From NCBI GenBank assembly GCA_963809895.1, contig CAWELD010000003.1, positions 3,618,772-3,682,771 on the forward strand: a stretch of 64,000 nucleotides of DNA, given 5' to 3'. Each line of letters starts with the position of its first letter. The stretch's first letter is position 1. Positions 9,715 to 18,796 of this stretch are shown piece after piece. A program made the translations under genes and the position numbers. The notes under the pieces are model-generated. The model saw nothing but the letters and a program-made list of their open reading frames with translations, made no database searches and was not told the DNA's origin. This DNA is from an uncultured Gemmatimonadales bacterium. GTDB taxonomy: Bacteria; Gemmatimonadota; Gemmatimonadetes; Longimicrobiales; Gaopeijiaceae.

Positions 9715-12416
9715 CCCGGCGGCTGGACCCGTCCCTGTCGAAGGACCCCCGCCGCCGTGTGCAGGAGGAGGTGGACGCGGAGATCCAATCCCACTTCGAG
9801 GGCACGGTGGATCTCCTGGTGGCGCGCGGCATGACCGAAGAAGAAGCCCGGGCCGAAGCGCGCCGACGCTTCGGCGATCCGGCCGAGCACCGCAGGCGCA
9901 TCGCGCGCCTGGACCACAGGCGGATGACGAGGAGGCGGACGATGGAGTGGATTCAGGGAGTGCGCAGCGGTGTCGGCCAGGCCTTCCGGGGGATGGCCCG
10001 GAGTCCGGGATTCGCCGTGGCGGTGGTACTCACCCTCGCCCTGGGGATCGGTGCCAACAGCACCATGTTCGGGGTCATCGACAGGCTCCTCCTGCGGGCG
10101 CCGTCGGGCATCGAGCACCCTGACGAAGTGCGCAACGTCTGGCTCCAGCGTCGCTTCGAGGAAGGAGGCGCCCAGGCGACGCTTCGCGCGGTGACCTGGC
10201 CCGACGTGCAGGACCTCGTGGCCATCGATGCCTTCCAGGACGTGGCGGCCTGGTCCACGGGCAACGAGATGACCCTGGGCGAGGGAGAAGGCGCCGAGCG
10301 CATCCGGGTGACCATCGCCACCGCCAGTCTCTTCCGCATGCTCGGTGCGACCCCGCGCATCGGACGCTTCTACACCACCGACGAAGACGCCGTGGGAGCC
10401 CCGGCCACGGTCGTCCTGTCCTACGAGTTCTGGCGCCGGCGCTTCGGGGCCGATCCCGGCGTGCTCGGCCGCGTGCTCCATCTCGGCGACGGCCGCTACC
10501 AGGTGATCGGGGTGGCCGAGCCGGGATTCACCGGGGCCGACCTGGAGGTCACCGACGCCTGGATCCCCCTGTGGCAGGGCGGCACGGCCGAGATGGGGGA
10601 TTCCTGGTACGACAGCCGAGGCTGGTGGTGGCTCGAGGCCGCCGTGCGTCTCGCCCCGAACGTCTCCGACGAGGCCGCCGCGGCCCAGGCCACCGCCGCA
10701 CACCGGGCGGCCCGAGCCGACAGCCGTGGCTACTACGATCCGCAGGCCAAGCTCGTCCTGGCGCCTGTGGTGCGCGGCCGCAGCCCCGAGCTGAACGCCG
10801 AGGACCGGGTCGCCCGCTGGCTGGCCGGCGTTGCGCTCCTGGTGCTCCTGGTGGCCTGCGCCAACGTGGCGAACCTGCACCTGGCCCGGGCCGTGGGACG
10901 CCAGCGCGAGATCGCCGTGCGCACGGCTCTCGGGGGATCCCGTCGCGGCCTCGTCGCCCACTTCCTCGGTGAGACCACGGTGCTGGCGCTGGTGGCCGGG
11001 GCCATCGCCGTGGGGATTGCGGTCCTGGGCACCCGCGTGCTCTTTCCGGCGCTGCTTCCCGAGGTCGCCCCGGGACGCGTCGCCAGCATCCGTCTCTTCC
11101 TCTTCACCGCCGGCGCAGCGCTGCTGGCCTCGCTCCTGGCAGGCCTCCTCCCTGCTCTGCGTGCGAGCCGCATCGATCCGGCGCCCTCGCTTCGAGACGG
11201 CGGCCGCACCGCCACCCGCCACGGGAGTCGTCTGCAGGAGGCGCTGGTCATGGCACAGGCAGCGCTGTCCGCCATCCTCCTGGTCGGCGCCGGACTCTTC
11301 CTGGCCAGCCTGCGCCACGCCGGCGCCGTCGATCTCGGCTTCGACGCCGACCAGGTGGCGTGGGTGAAGCTGGAGCGCACCGAGGCGGACCCCTCGGCAT
11401 CGGACGACGAGCGCGCGACCACGCCCGAGGTGTACGCGCGGATCGAAACGGCCCTCGACCGCCTGCCGGGCGTGGAAGTCGCCGCCCGCACCGTGACCGC
11501 ACCCTTCGGCCTGAGCTTCGGCCTCCCGGTGCGCGTACCGGGCATGGACTCCGCGCCCCGTCTTCCGTCGGGGCCGCCCACGCTCTCGTCCGCGTCGCCC
11601 GACTATTTCCGGGCCATGGGCCAGCAGGTGCTCGCCGGCCGGGCCTTCACCGACACCGACCTGGGCGAGTCCGCGGAGCCCGTGGTGATCGTCAATCAGG
11701 TGATGGCCGAGCACGTCTGGCCCGACAGCGACCCGCTGAGCGGCTGCGTCCAGGTCGGCGGCGCCGACAGCCCGTGCTCCCGGGTCGTCGGCGTGGTCGA
11801 GAACACGACCTGGAGCAACCTGGGCGAGGACCCCCGCATGATGCTGTGGGTGCCTCTGATGTCGGCCAGACTCCGCGGCGTGGGCGGACTGGTGGTCCGC
11901 ACCGTCGGTCCCCCGGCCGAGCAAGCCGAGGCCATCCGACGGGAGATCCGGGCCGTGGAACCATCGACCCGCTACGTCGCCGTGGAACCGCTGGCCGACC
12001 GGGTGGGGGCCAAAGTGCGCTCCTGGCGGCTGGGCGCGAGCCTGTTCGGCGCCTTCGGCCTGCTCGCCGTGCTGGTGGCCGGCATCGGCATGTACGGGCT
12101 GCTGTCCTTCGACGTGGCCCGGCGCGACTTCGAGATCGGAGTGCGGCGCGCGCTCGGTGCCTCGGAGGGATCCCTCATCGGCGGTGTCCTGCTGCGGGCG
12201 CTACGCGCGGTGGCGATCGGCGCCGGCGCGGGACTCGTGGTGGCGGTGTGGGCCAGTCCCCGCATCGCGCCCCTGCTGTTCCAGACCTCACCGCGCGATT
12301 CCGGGGTGTTCCTGACCTCGGGGCTCGTCCTGCTGATCGTGGGGATTGCCGCCGCCGGAATCCCCGCGCTCCGTGCCGCGCGCGTGGATCCCATGGAGGC
12401 GCTGCGCGCGGAGTAA
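9711..12416 (+). CDS. ADOP-type duplicated ABC permease (MacB/FtsX x2)
   Basis: EARRRFG prefix, LTLALGIGANSTMF, ACANVANL, REIAVRTALG, PALRAARVDPMEALRAE. Confidence 0.93.
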   Translation: MTRRLDPSLSKDPRRRVQEEVDAEIQSHFEGTVDLLVARGMTEEEARAEARRRFGDPAEHRRRIARLDHRRMTRRRTMEWIQGVRSGVGQAFRGMARSPGFAVAVVLTLALGIGANSTMFGVIDRLLLRAPSGIEHPDEVRNVWLQRRFEEGGAQATLRAVTWPDVQDLVAIDAFQDVAAWSTGNEMTLGEGEGAERIRVTIATASLFRMLGATPRIGRFYTTDEDAVGAPATVVLSYEFWRRRFGADPGVLGRVLHLGDGRYQVIGVAEPGFTGADLEVTDAWIPLWQGGTAEMGDSWYDSRGWWWLEAAVRLAPNVSDEAAAAQATAAHRAARADSRGYYDPQAKLVLAPVVRGRSPELNAEDRVARWLAGVALLVLLVACANVANLHLARAVGRQREIAVRTALGGSRRGLVAHFLGETTVLALVAGAIAVGIAVLGTRVLFPALLPEVAPGRVASIRLFLFTAGAALLASLLAGLLPALRASRIDPAPSLRDGGRTATRHGSRLQEALVMAQAALSAILLVGAGLFLASLRHAGAVDLGFDADQVAWVKLERTEADPSASDDERATTPEVYARIETALDRLPGVEVAARTVTAPFGLSFGLPVRVPGMDSAPRLPSGPPTLSSASPDYFRAMGQQVLAGRAFTDTDLGESAEPVVIVNQVMAEHVWPDSDPLSGCVQVGGADSPCSRVVGVVENTTWSNLGEDPRMMLWVPLMSARLRGVGGLVVRTVGPPAEQAEAIRREIRAVEPSTRYVAVEPLADRVGAKVRSWRLGASLFGAFGLLAVLVAGIGMYGLLSFDVARRDFEIGVRRALGASEGSLIGGVLLRALRAVAIGAGAGLVVAVWASPRIAPLLFQTSPRDSGVFLTSGLVLLIVGIAAAGIPALRAARVDPMEALRAE

Positions 12417-12419
12417 GAG

Positions 12420-12592
12420 GCGGTGCCTTGGAGCGGGCGAAGGTGCGGTTCGGGCTGGCCGATGGGCCCTGGGTCGTGGGTTGCTACGAGGCGGGGAGGA
12501 AAGGCTCCTGGCCGCACCGGTTGCTGGCGTCGAAGGGGATCGAGAACCGGGTGGTGGACGCCGCGAGCATCGAGGTGAGCCGGCCAGAGTGA
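12420..12592 (+). pseudogene. IS110-family transposase N-terminal fragment
   Basis: Reads ERAKVRFGL...CYEAGRKGSWPHRLLASKGIENRVVDAASIEVSR, typical of the IS110 DEDD domain; no start codon, early stop. Confidence 0.75.
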
Positions 12593-12676
12593 CGCCAGTT
12601 GCCGCGCACGTCGCAGGCTTCGGCACTCCAGAAGGTCTGACAGCGGTCGTTTCACCTGCGCCACGATTGCGAAGTA

Positions 12677-12735
12677 TTGTGTGGAGTCTGGGCGCAGCTT
12701 AAGATTAAACGCCCCCCCTCCACCTCTTGTGGAGG
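12677..12735 (+). promoter_or_regulatory. Sigma70-like promoter plus RBS-containing hairpin
   Basis: TTGTGT-17-TAAGAT (second copy TTGCGT-17-TAACAT); stem CCTCCAC/GTGGAGG covers the Shine-Dalgarno. Confidence 0.5.
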
Positions 12736-12740
12736 TACCG

Positions 12741-14099
12741 ATGAGGTTCTCTTCCGTTGGAACGGCAGTGCTCGCGGTCTTCGCCATGGCGAGTTGCGTG
12801 GATCGTGATGTTCCCACTCAACCCACCTCCTCAAACGCCCCCGAATCCCTGAGCGAGCTTGTGCTTCGCGCCGAGACAGGCCGTACGCCCTATCTCGATG
12901 AGGAGTGGCGACAAGTCGCGGACCTTGTTCCAGGATTCGCGGGCGTCATGTTGGACGATCAGGGTCTTCCAGTGGTCATGGTAAGCTCCGACCGGGACGC
13001 ACCCGCGGCTCGAGCGTACGCCGCCGCCGCATATCATGGCGCAACGGGGCGTGATGCGCCTTCCGTGTCCGTGAAGGAGGTAAAGTACTCCTACAGATCC
13101 TTGGACGGATGGCGGCGTAGCATTCTGAATCTCCGACCCGAAGGACTCGTAATGCTCGATGTTGACGAGGCTCGAAACCAAATCGAGCTCGGAATCGCCG
13201 AACCTGACGAGTCGCTGCTCGCTTCCATCTCGGGAACACTTGGGATTCCGGCCGACGCGATCCACAGTCGTGTGCTAAGGGGCAATCCTGATCGAGCATT
13301 GCTCACCGGCTCGGGGGGAGGGGTTGGCGGGACGGCAGTCTACAGACGTGTGGGAGTTGACAGCGTCCTCCCCGCGACGCTCACGTTCACCGCCCGGTGG
13401 GTGGATCACGACAGCGCTCATGTCTTCGTCACAGCGAGCCATGCATCTCTGTTGCTCTTCCAGACGGATACGACCCTATTTGAGCAGCGCAACCAGTCCT
13501 CCCTGAGTTACGACGCCGGCAGAGAAGTCTATGATCCTACGTATTACGCCGTTGGGACTACATGTTCCGGCGGCTTCTTTCTCTGTCGAGGTGCGGATGC
13601 TACGCTCGTCGGCCATGACAACGACACCATCCCTGACACTCTTGGGATTGTATATCGCACAACCTCGGTCGGCATCGGCTCAGCCGGGTCGAAGACCATC
13701 GCATCAACCGATCCCAAGTTCACAATCCTCGACGTTCTGACTTCCCACTCCCAGCTGTACGTCAATGCGTGGATGGACAAGGTCGGGCAAAAGACGGGCT
13801 GGACCCGCGGCAAGATCACACGTACATGCTTCGACGTTATCGCGCCAAAGGGCCTATACTGTCAGTACGAATCCGCTACCTACTCCGATGTCGGTGACAG
13901 CGGCTCCCCCATGTTCGTTTCTTACAACGGCCGGGATGCCGGCATACCAGACGGAGGACCCTATATTCGTCTCATGGGGATCTTATGGGGTGGAGTACCT
14001 GGTGTACCCGACACTTCATTCTTCAGTCCTTACGACGGTATCGAGAACGATCTCGGGGATCTGGCTGTTTGTATCGACTACGCGGCGGCGGGTTGCTAG
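12741..14099 (+). CDS. Chymotrypsin-like (S1) serine protease lipoprotein with N-terminal pro-region
   Basis: Lipobox MASC; candidate triad TASH, ADATL, GDSGSP; KVGQKTGWTRG; lower GC than flanks. Confidence 0.8.
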   Translation: MRFSSVGTAVLAVFAMASCVDRDVPTQPTSSNAPESLSELVLRAETGRTPYLDEEWRQVADLVPGFAGVMLDDQGLPVVMVSSDRDAPAARAYAAAAYHGATGRDAPSVSVKEVKYSYRSLDGWRRSILNLRPEGLVMLDVDEARNQIELGIAEPDESLLASISGTLGIPADAIHSRVLRGNPDRALLTGSGGGVGGTAVYRRVGVDSVLPATLTFTARWVDHDSAHVFVTASHASLLLFQTDTTLFEQRNQSSLSYDAGREVYDPTYYAVGTTCSGGFFLCRGADATLVGHDNDTIPDTLGIVYRTTSVGIGSAGSKTIASTDPKFTILDVLTSHSQLYVNAWMDKVGQKTGWTRGKITRTCFDVIAPKGLYCQYESATYSDVGDSGSPMFVSYNGRDAGIPDGGPYIRLMGILWGGVPGVPDTSFFSPYDGIENDLGDLAVCIDYAAAGC

Positions 14100-14101
14100 G
14101 G

Positions 14102-14653
14102 ATGAGGTGGAATAGTCTCACTGCATTCGGGCTTCTTGTCTGTAGCACGTGGGGGTGCGGTGAATCCCCGGTTGCGCTGGGTCGAGATGAGGATGCGCCC
14201 GTGCAAACTCGTGCTCTGTCGTATGATCTTGCGGTCTACTTTCTTGACGCCGGTGGGGCCTTGGTGAGCAGCGACACGATCGAGTATGAGTATCGCAATC
14301 CTACGGATGGGCCGCGGGAAGTCCGATTCTGTTCCACGCCGTGGGTTACGCTCGAGCGGCTCTCGGACGAGGGCGTATGGCACGTGGTTTGGGTTGGTGA
14401 AGAGGTGGATCGCGGGAGCGGCGGTTGCGAGGGCCCGGTGGAAGTTGGGCCAGGGGAGACGATCTCCGCCACCGCCGTAATTCGAGGCGGAACTCCTGGT
14501 ACAAACATATACCCGGTCTACTCCGCGGACGAATTTGGGGGTATCTACCGTCTCGTATTGCGTCGCGTGTTCGATGGAAGCATCGAGGTTTCGGGAGGAG
14601 AGGTGACCAGCAACCGCTTCATTCTCACTCCCGAATCAAAAGACCCTCCGTAA
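14102..14653 (+). CDS. Hypothetical lipoprotein, probable Ig-like fold (copy 1)
   Basis: Lipobox TWGC; beta-rich pattern YRNPT...VGPGET...GIYRLVL...TSNRFIL; starts 2 bp after the protease stop. Confidence 0.7.
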   Translation: MRWNSLTAFGLLVCSTWGCGESPVALGRDEDAPVQTRALSYDLAVYFLDAGGALVSSDTIEYEYRNPTDGPREVRFCSTPWVTLERLSDEGVWHVVWVGEEVDRGSGGCEGPVEVGPGETISATAVIRGGTPGTNIYPVYSADEFGGIYRLVLRRVFDGSIEVSGGEVTSNRFILTPESKDPP

Positions 14654-14757
14654 GAGCGTCATCGGCCACAGGCCGCCCCGGCGCACGGTAGCGGCTACGG
14701 TCATGGCACAATTCTATCGGGACCGGAACAGACCACGACGCCGCACAACGCCGCATC

Positions 14758-14799
14758 GACTCCCCCCATCTCGTCATGCACTCTGAGATGGGGGGAGTC
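14758..14799. other. Perfect 15-bp-stem hairpin at the duplication junction
   Basis: GACTCCCCCCATCTC-N12-GAGATGGGGGGAGTC. Confidence 0.8.
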
Positions 14800-14930
14800 C
14801 TGCCCTGGGGGTTGTTACGAGGCGGGGAGGGAAGGCTCCTGACAATTCCGAAGCATTGCGTGGAGTCTGGGCGCAGCTTAACATGAAATACCCCCCTCCA
14901 CCTCTTGTGGAGGTACCGATGAGGTTCTCT

Positions 14931-16332
14931 GGTTCCTCGACGTTTCACGTGGGTAACGCAAAGTCGAGGTCAGCGGCGAGCAGGTAGGCCATGTTGAGGA
15001 GGTTGCGGGTCGTGCGATAGCCGCGAGCGCGTGCTTTGGTGGCCTGAAGCAGGCTGTTGATGCCCTCGAGGACGCCGTTGTTGATTTCGGAGAAGTACCA
15101 GCGCATGAGGCCGGCGCGGTGATCCCAAAGCGTCTTGGCGAGCCTACGCATGGAGGCCAGCTTGCTCCGCTTCGCCCAAGCGCACCACTTGCGCAGGAAC
15201 TCCTCGGCAAACGAGGGCGGAAGGGTCCAGAACTCGTCCATGAAGGACAGCTTCATCTGATACGCCTTCGCCGTGTGGAGCCCCTGGGCGCTGGGCTGGA
15301 GCAAGTCGGCCAACTGCTCGGCCTGGCGCTTCGTCAGCTTCTCCCGGCGCTTCATCCACAGCCAGCGCGTCTTCTTCAGCTCCGCCCTGTCTTTCTGCTC
15401 GCCTCGGCGCACCTCGTCGATGGCCTGGTTGAGGAGCTTGACCACATGGAAGCGGTCGAACGTCACCTCCGCCAGCGGGAAGTGCAGCGCCGCCCCGAGC
15501 TGGAACGCTGCCGACATGTCCATGCTCCACTCTCGGATCTGCTCCGGCACGCCGCCATGCTGCATCAGGTCCAGGCGGAAGGCCCCGAAGACCTTGGCGT
15601 CCTTGCCCTCCGTGCCGAACAGCAGCCTCGATCGGTCGAGGTCCACGAACAGGCTCACGTACTGGTGGCCCCGCTTGCTCGCCGTCTCGTCCACCCCCAC
15701 GTGCCGGACCTCCGAGAAGTCCTGCGCCGCCCGCGCCTGGCTCACGTAGTGGTCGAGGATCCGCCACAGCCGCTTGTCTGTCTCACCCACCAGCGCGCCC
15801 ACTGCCTTCACCGGCATCTGTTTTACCATCGCCAGCACGAGCGCTTCGAACAGCAGCGTGAACCCGCTCCCCGGCCTGGCCCACGGCACCCGCACCTGCT
15901 TGATGCCGCAGCGCCTGCACTCCACCCTCGGGACCGGCGCATGCAGGTAGGCTTCGTGCTGAAAGAAGTTCAGGTGCCGCCACTGCTTGTCCCTTGTGTC
16001 GTAGGCCGGGCATCTGCCCCACCCGCATTCAGGGCATTCGAACCGCGCGCCTCGCTCGAAGCCCAGGTAGAGGTCCAGTCGCCGCGCCGAAGTGTCGAAC
16101 TCTGTTCGCTCCACCCGCCACGGCTCCCTCAGACCCAGCGCCTGCTGGAACAGGTCCACGTCGCGCATCGTCGCCCCTCTCCGGCTCCCCAACCCATGAT
16201 CTCCTTGCACGATCCGGGGAGCTCTATCGCGAAAGGGGCGCCCCCATACGGGGCACCCCCTGCTTCTATCGATCCCGAGCCACTTCCGCAATCGCCCCCT
16301 ATTCAGCTACCCATCCAAAACGTCGAGGAACC
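14931..16332 (-). mobile_element. ISL3-family insertion sequence (1402 bp)
   Basis: Terminal IRs GGTTCCTCGACGTTT...TGGGTA (21/25 match); flanking direct repeat TGAGGTTCTCT at 14920-14930 and 16333-16343. Confidence 0.95.
14945..16168 (-). CDS. ISL3 transposase
   Basis: Zn finger CPECG..WRHL..PRVEC, GVDET, SMDMS, FDRFHV, NGVLEGINS, ARGYR. Confidence 0.95.
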   Translation of the reverse strand: MRDVDLFQQALGLREPWRVERTEFDTSARRLDLYLGFERGARFECPECGWGRCPAYDTRDKQWRHLNFFQHEAYLHAPVPRVECRRCGIKQVRVPWARPGSGFTLLFEALVLAMVKQMPVKAVGALVGETDKRLWRILDHYVSQARAAQDFSEVRHVGVDETASKRGHQYVSLFVDLDRSRLLFGTEGKDAKVFGAFRLDLMQHGGVPEQIREWSMDMSAAFQLGAALHFPLAEVTFDRFHVVKLLNQAIDEVRRGEQKDRAELKKTRWLWMKRREKLTKRQAEQLADLLQPSAQGLHTAKAYQMKLSFMDEFWTLPPSFAEEFLRKWCAWAKRSKLASMRRLAKTLWDHRAGLMRWYFSEINNGVLEGINSLLQATKARARGYRTTRNLLNMAYLLAADLDFALPT

Positions 16333-16432
16333 TGAGGTTCTCTTCCGTTGGAACGGCAGTGCTCGCGGTCTTCGCCATGGCGAGTTGCGTGGAAGTTGTG
16401 TCAACTTGTTTCTGTAGAAGTGCCCGGGGAGG

Positions 16433-16969
16433 GTGGCCGAGGTTGAGGTGATGTTTGGTTCGCTCCCGGGGTGCGGTGAATCCCTGGTTGCGCTGGGTCG
16501 AGATGAGGATGCGCCCGTTCAGACCCAGGCTCTGTCATATGACCTGGACGTCTATTTCCTTGACGCGGGCGGGGCCTTCGTGCGCAGTGACACGATCGAG
16601 TATCAGTACCGCAATCCGACGGATGGGCCGCGGGAAGTCCGATTCTGTTCCACGCCGTGGGTTACGCTCGAGCGGCTCTCGGACGAGGGCGTATGGCACG
16701 TGGTTTGGGTTGGTGAAGAGGTGGATCGCGGGAGCGGCGGTTGCGAGGGCCCGGTGGAAGTTGGGCCAGGGGAGACGATCTCCGCCACCGCCGTAATTCA
16801 AGGCGGGACTCCCGGTACGAAGACATACCCGGTCTACTCCGCGGACGAATTTGGGGGTATCTACCGTCTCGTATTGCGTCGCGTGTTCGATGGAAGCATC
16901 GAGGTTTCGGGAGGAGAGGTGACCAGCAACCGCTTCATTCTCACTCCCGAATCAAAAGACCCTCCGTAA
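16433..16969 (+). CDS. Ig-like lipoprotein copy 2, signal peptide lost or replaced
   Basis: Near-identical to 14102-14653 from GCGE onward; upstream sequence is unrelated. Confidence 0.65.
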   Translation: MAEVEVMFGSLPGCGESLVALGRDEDAPVQTQALSYDLDVYFLDAGGAFVRSDTIEYQYRNPTDGPREVRFCSTPWVTLERLSDEGVWHVVWVGEEVDRGSGGCEGPVEVGPGETISATAVIQGGTPGTKTYPVYSADEFGGIYRLVLRRVFDGSIEVSGGEVTSNRFILTPESKDPP

Positions 16970-17022
16970 GAGCGTCATCGGCCGCAGGCCGCCCCGCGCG
17001 GCGCTATGAGACGGCGCTGCCC

Positions 17023-18636
17023 TCATCCCCCCACCGGCTCCAGGTCCTCGGACCACAGCCGGGTGCCCTCGATGTCGTGGAGCGACATGGTGAGGACCCG
17101 CGTCGTGGGATCGGCTTCGAGCACGCCGAAGAACTGGAAGCCGGCGCTGGGCGGGCGATTGGGCTTCATCCCCTCGGGGATCGCGAGGAAGCGCACCTCG
17201 GGGCCGAAGGTGTGGTCCAGGGTGTTGGGGCCGTAGGTGCCGGCGTTCATGGGGCCGGCCACCAGCTCCCAGAAGGGATCGAAATCGGTGAAGGCGGCGC
17301 GCTCGGGTGAGTAGTGGTGCGCCGCACCGTAGTGCACGTCGGCGGTGATCCAGATGGTGTTGTGGATGCCCTCGCGCTTCATGAAGCTCAGGAGTTGAGC
17401 CAGCTCCAGCTCGCGGCCCAGCGGCACGCCGTCGTCGCCGTTGGCCCAGGCCTCGAAGGCGGGCTGGCCGTTGCGCGGATAATCCTGCACGATCAGGCCC
17501 AGCGGCAGGTCGGTGGCGATGATCTTCCAGGTGGCCTGGCTGGCGCGGAGCGCCTCCTTCAACCAGGCGAACTGCGGATCGCCCAGCATCGTGGTGCTGG
17601 CGTCGCGCACCGTCTGCCGGCCCGACGAGTTGGGACCCCGGTAGCTCCGCAGATCGAGCATGAAGACCTCGACCAGGTCGCCGTACACCCGGCTCCGGTA
17701 GATGCGCTCGGCGTCGTCGGGACTGCGGCGGATGGGCACGAACTCGAAGAGCGCCTGCCGCGCGCGGGCCGCCAGCAGATCGGCGTTCCTCTCCGTGTAG
17801 CGGTCGTCCTGCGACAGATCCATCCCCGGGAACCAGTTGTTCATGACCTCGTGGTCGTCCCACTGGGCGATCATGGGGATCTCGGCGTTGAAGCGCCGCG
17901 CGTTGTCGTCCAGCAGGTTGTAGGCGAAGCAGCCCCGGAAGTCGTCCAGCGTCTCGGCGACCTTCGACTTGGCCTCGGTCATGAGGTTGCGCCAGATGGT
18001 GCCGTCGTCCAACTCGACCTCGGGCTCCAGCGGTTGATCGGCGTAGATGATGTCGCCGGAGTGGATGAAGGCGTCCAGATCGGCCTGGCGCATGGCCTCG
18101 AAGATGCGCATGCCGCCGCGGTCCCGGTCGATGCCCCATCCCTGCCCGACCTCGTCGGCGGACCACGCCAGGCGCACCCGCCGGCTCGGCCGCGTGCCGG
18201 GTGCCGGAGCGGTCCGCAGCCGTCCCAGCGCGGGCTCGCTGAAGGTGCCGGGATCCTCCAGGCTCTCGAAGCGCACCCGGTAGAAGACGTCGGCCTCGGC
18301 CGGCAGATCGCTGAGATCGACGGCGGCGGTGAAGGCGCCGTTCTCGATGGCGGCGGGCCCACGCACGGTGCGTGCCCCGGTGAGGCGCTCGTTGGTGGCC
18401 CAGTCCACCCACATGCGCGCGGGGCGGTCGGCCCGGCTCCACACCACGGCCCTGGAGCTCGTGGGATCCCCGCTCTGGATCCCGCTGGGGAACGTGGGCT
18501 GGAACTGACTCGAGCGCAGAATGGCGGGGGCGCCGTCGGAGGGCAGCCACAGCCGCTTGCGGCCGGTGACGAGCCCGGCGCCGGCGGCCAGCGAGACACC
18601 CAGGAAGCCGCGGCGGGACAGGGATTCAGACGACAT
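17023..18636 (-). CDS. phoD: Alkaline phosphatase D, Tat-exported
   Basis: SRRGFL Tat motif, GIQSGDP, HSGDIIYAD, QWDDHEV, LDLRSYR, TADVHY. Confidence 0.93.
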   Translation of the reverse strand: MSSESLSRRGFLGVSLAAGAGLVTGRKRLWLPSDGAPAILRSSQFQPTFPSGIQSGDPTSSRAVVWSRADRPARMWVDWATNERLTGARTVRGPAAIENGAFTAAVDLSDLPAEADVFYRVRFESLEDPGTFSEPALGRLRTAPAPGTRPSRRVRLAWSADEVGQGWGIDRDRGGMRIFEAMRQADLDAFIHSGDIIYADQPLEPEVELDDGTIWRNLMTEAKSKVAETLDDFRGCFAYNLLDDNARRFNAEIPMIAQWDDHEVMNNWFPGMDLSQDDRYTERNADLLAARARQALFEFVPIRRSPDDAERIYRSRVYGDLVEVFMLDLRSYRGPNSSGRQTVRDASTTMLGDPQFAWLKEALRASQATWKIIATDLPLGLIVQDYPRNGQPAFEAWANGDDGVPLGRELELAQLLSFMKREGIHNTIWITADVHYGAAHHYSPERAAFTDFDPFWELVAGPMNAGTYGPNTLDHTFGPEVRFLAIPEGMKPNRPPSAGFQFFGVLEADPTTRVLTMSLHDIEGTRLWSEDLEPVGG

Positions 18637-18796
18637 GGCGATGCCTGCGCGGAGAAGGGGGATGGCAGGCTGCCGTGGGTCGGTCCCGGGCGGCCTCCGG
18701 TCCGGTCCCCGGCGGCCCCTCTCGTCGGTCGCCGGAGCGAGTTGAATGATGTATACTGTCGGTCCCGGAGCACAGCAAATCGAGGACGGGAATCCC

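Larger units (their letters stand above)
14919..16392 (+). pseudogene. Remnant of second protease gene copy (signal peptide codons only, interrupted by ISL3)
   Basis: 14919-14930 plus 16344-16392 reproduce 12741-12802; the rest of the gene is missing. Confidence 0.85.

Noticed and set aside
16393..16468. IS end in the ~75-bp foreign segment at the deletion junction
   Set aside because: TGTCAAC-like start noted, but no partner inverted repeat or transposase remnant supports it
14102..16969. Diversity-generating retroelement TR/VR pair
   Set aside because: Differences are mostly synonymous third-position changes, not adenine-specific; no reverse transcriptase in the window
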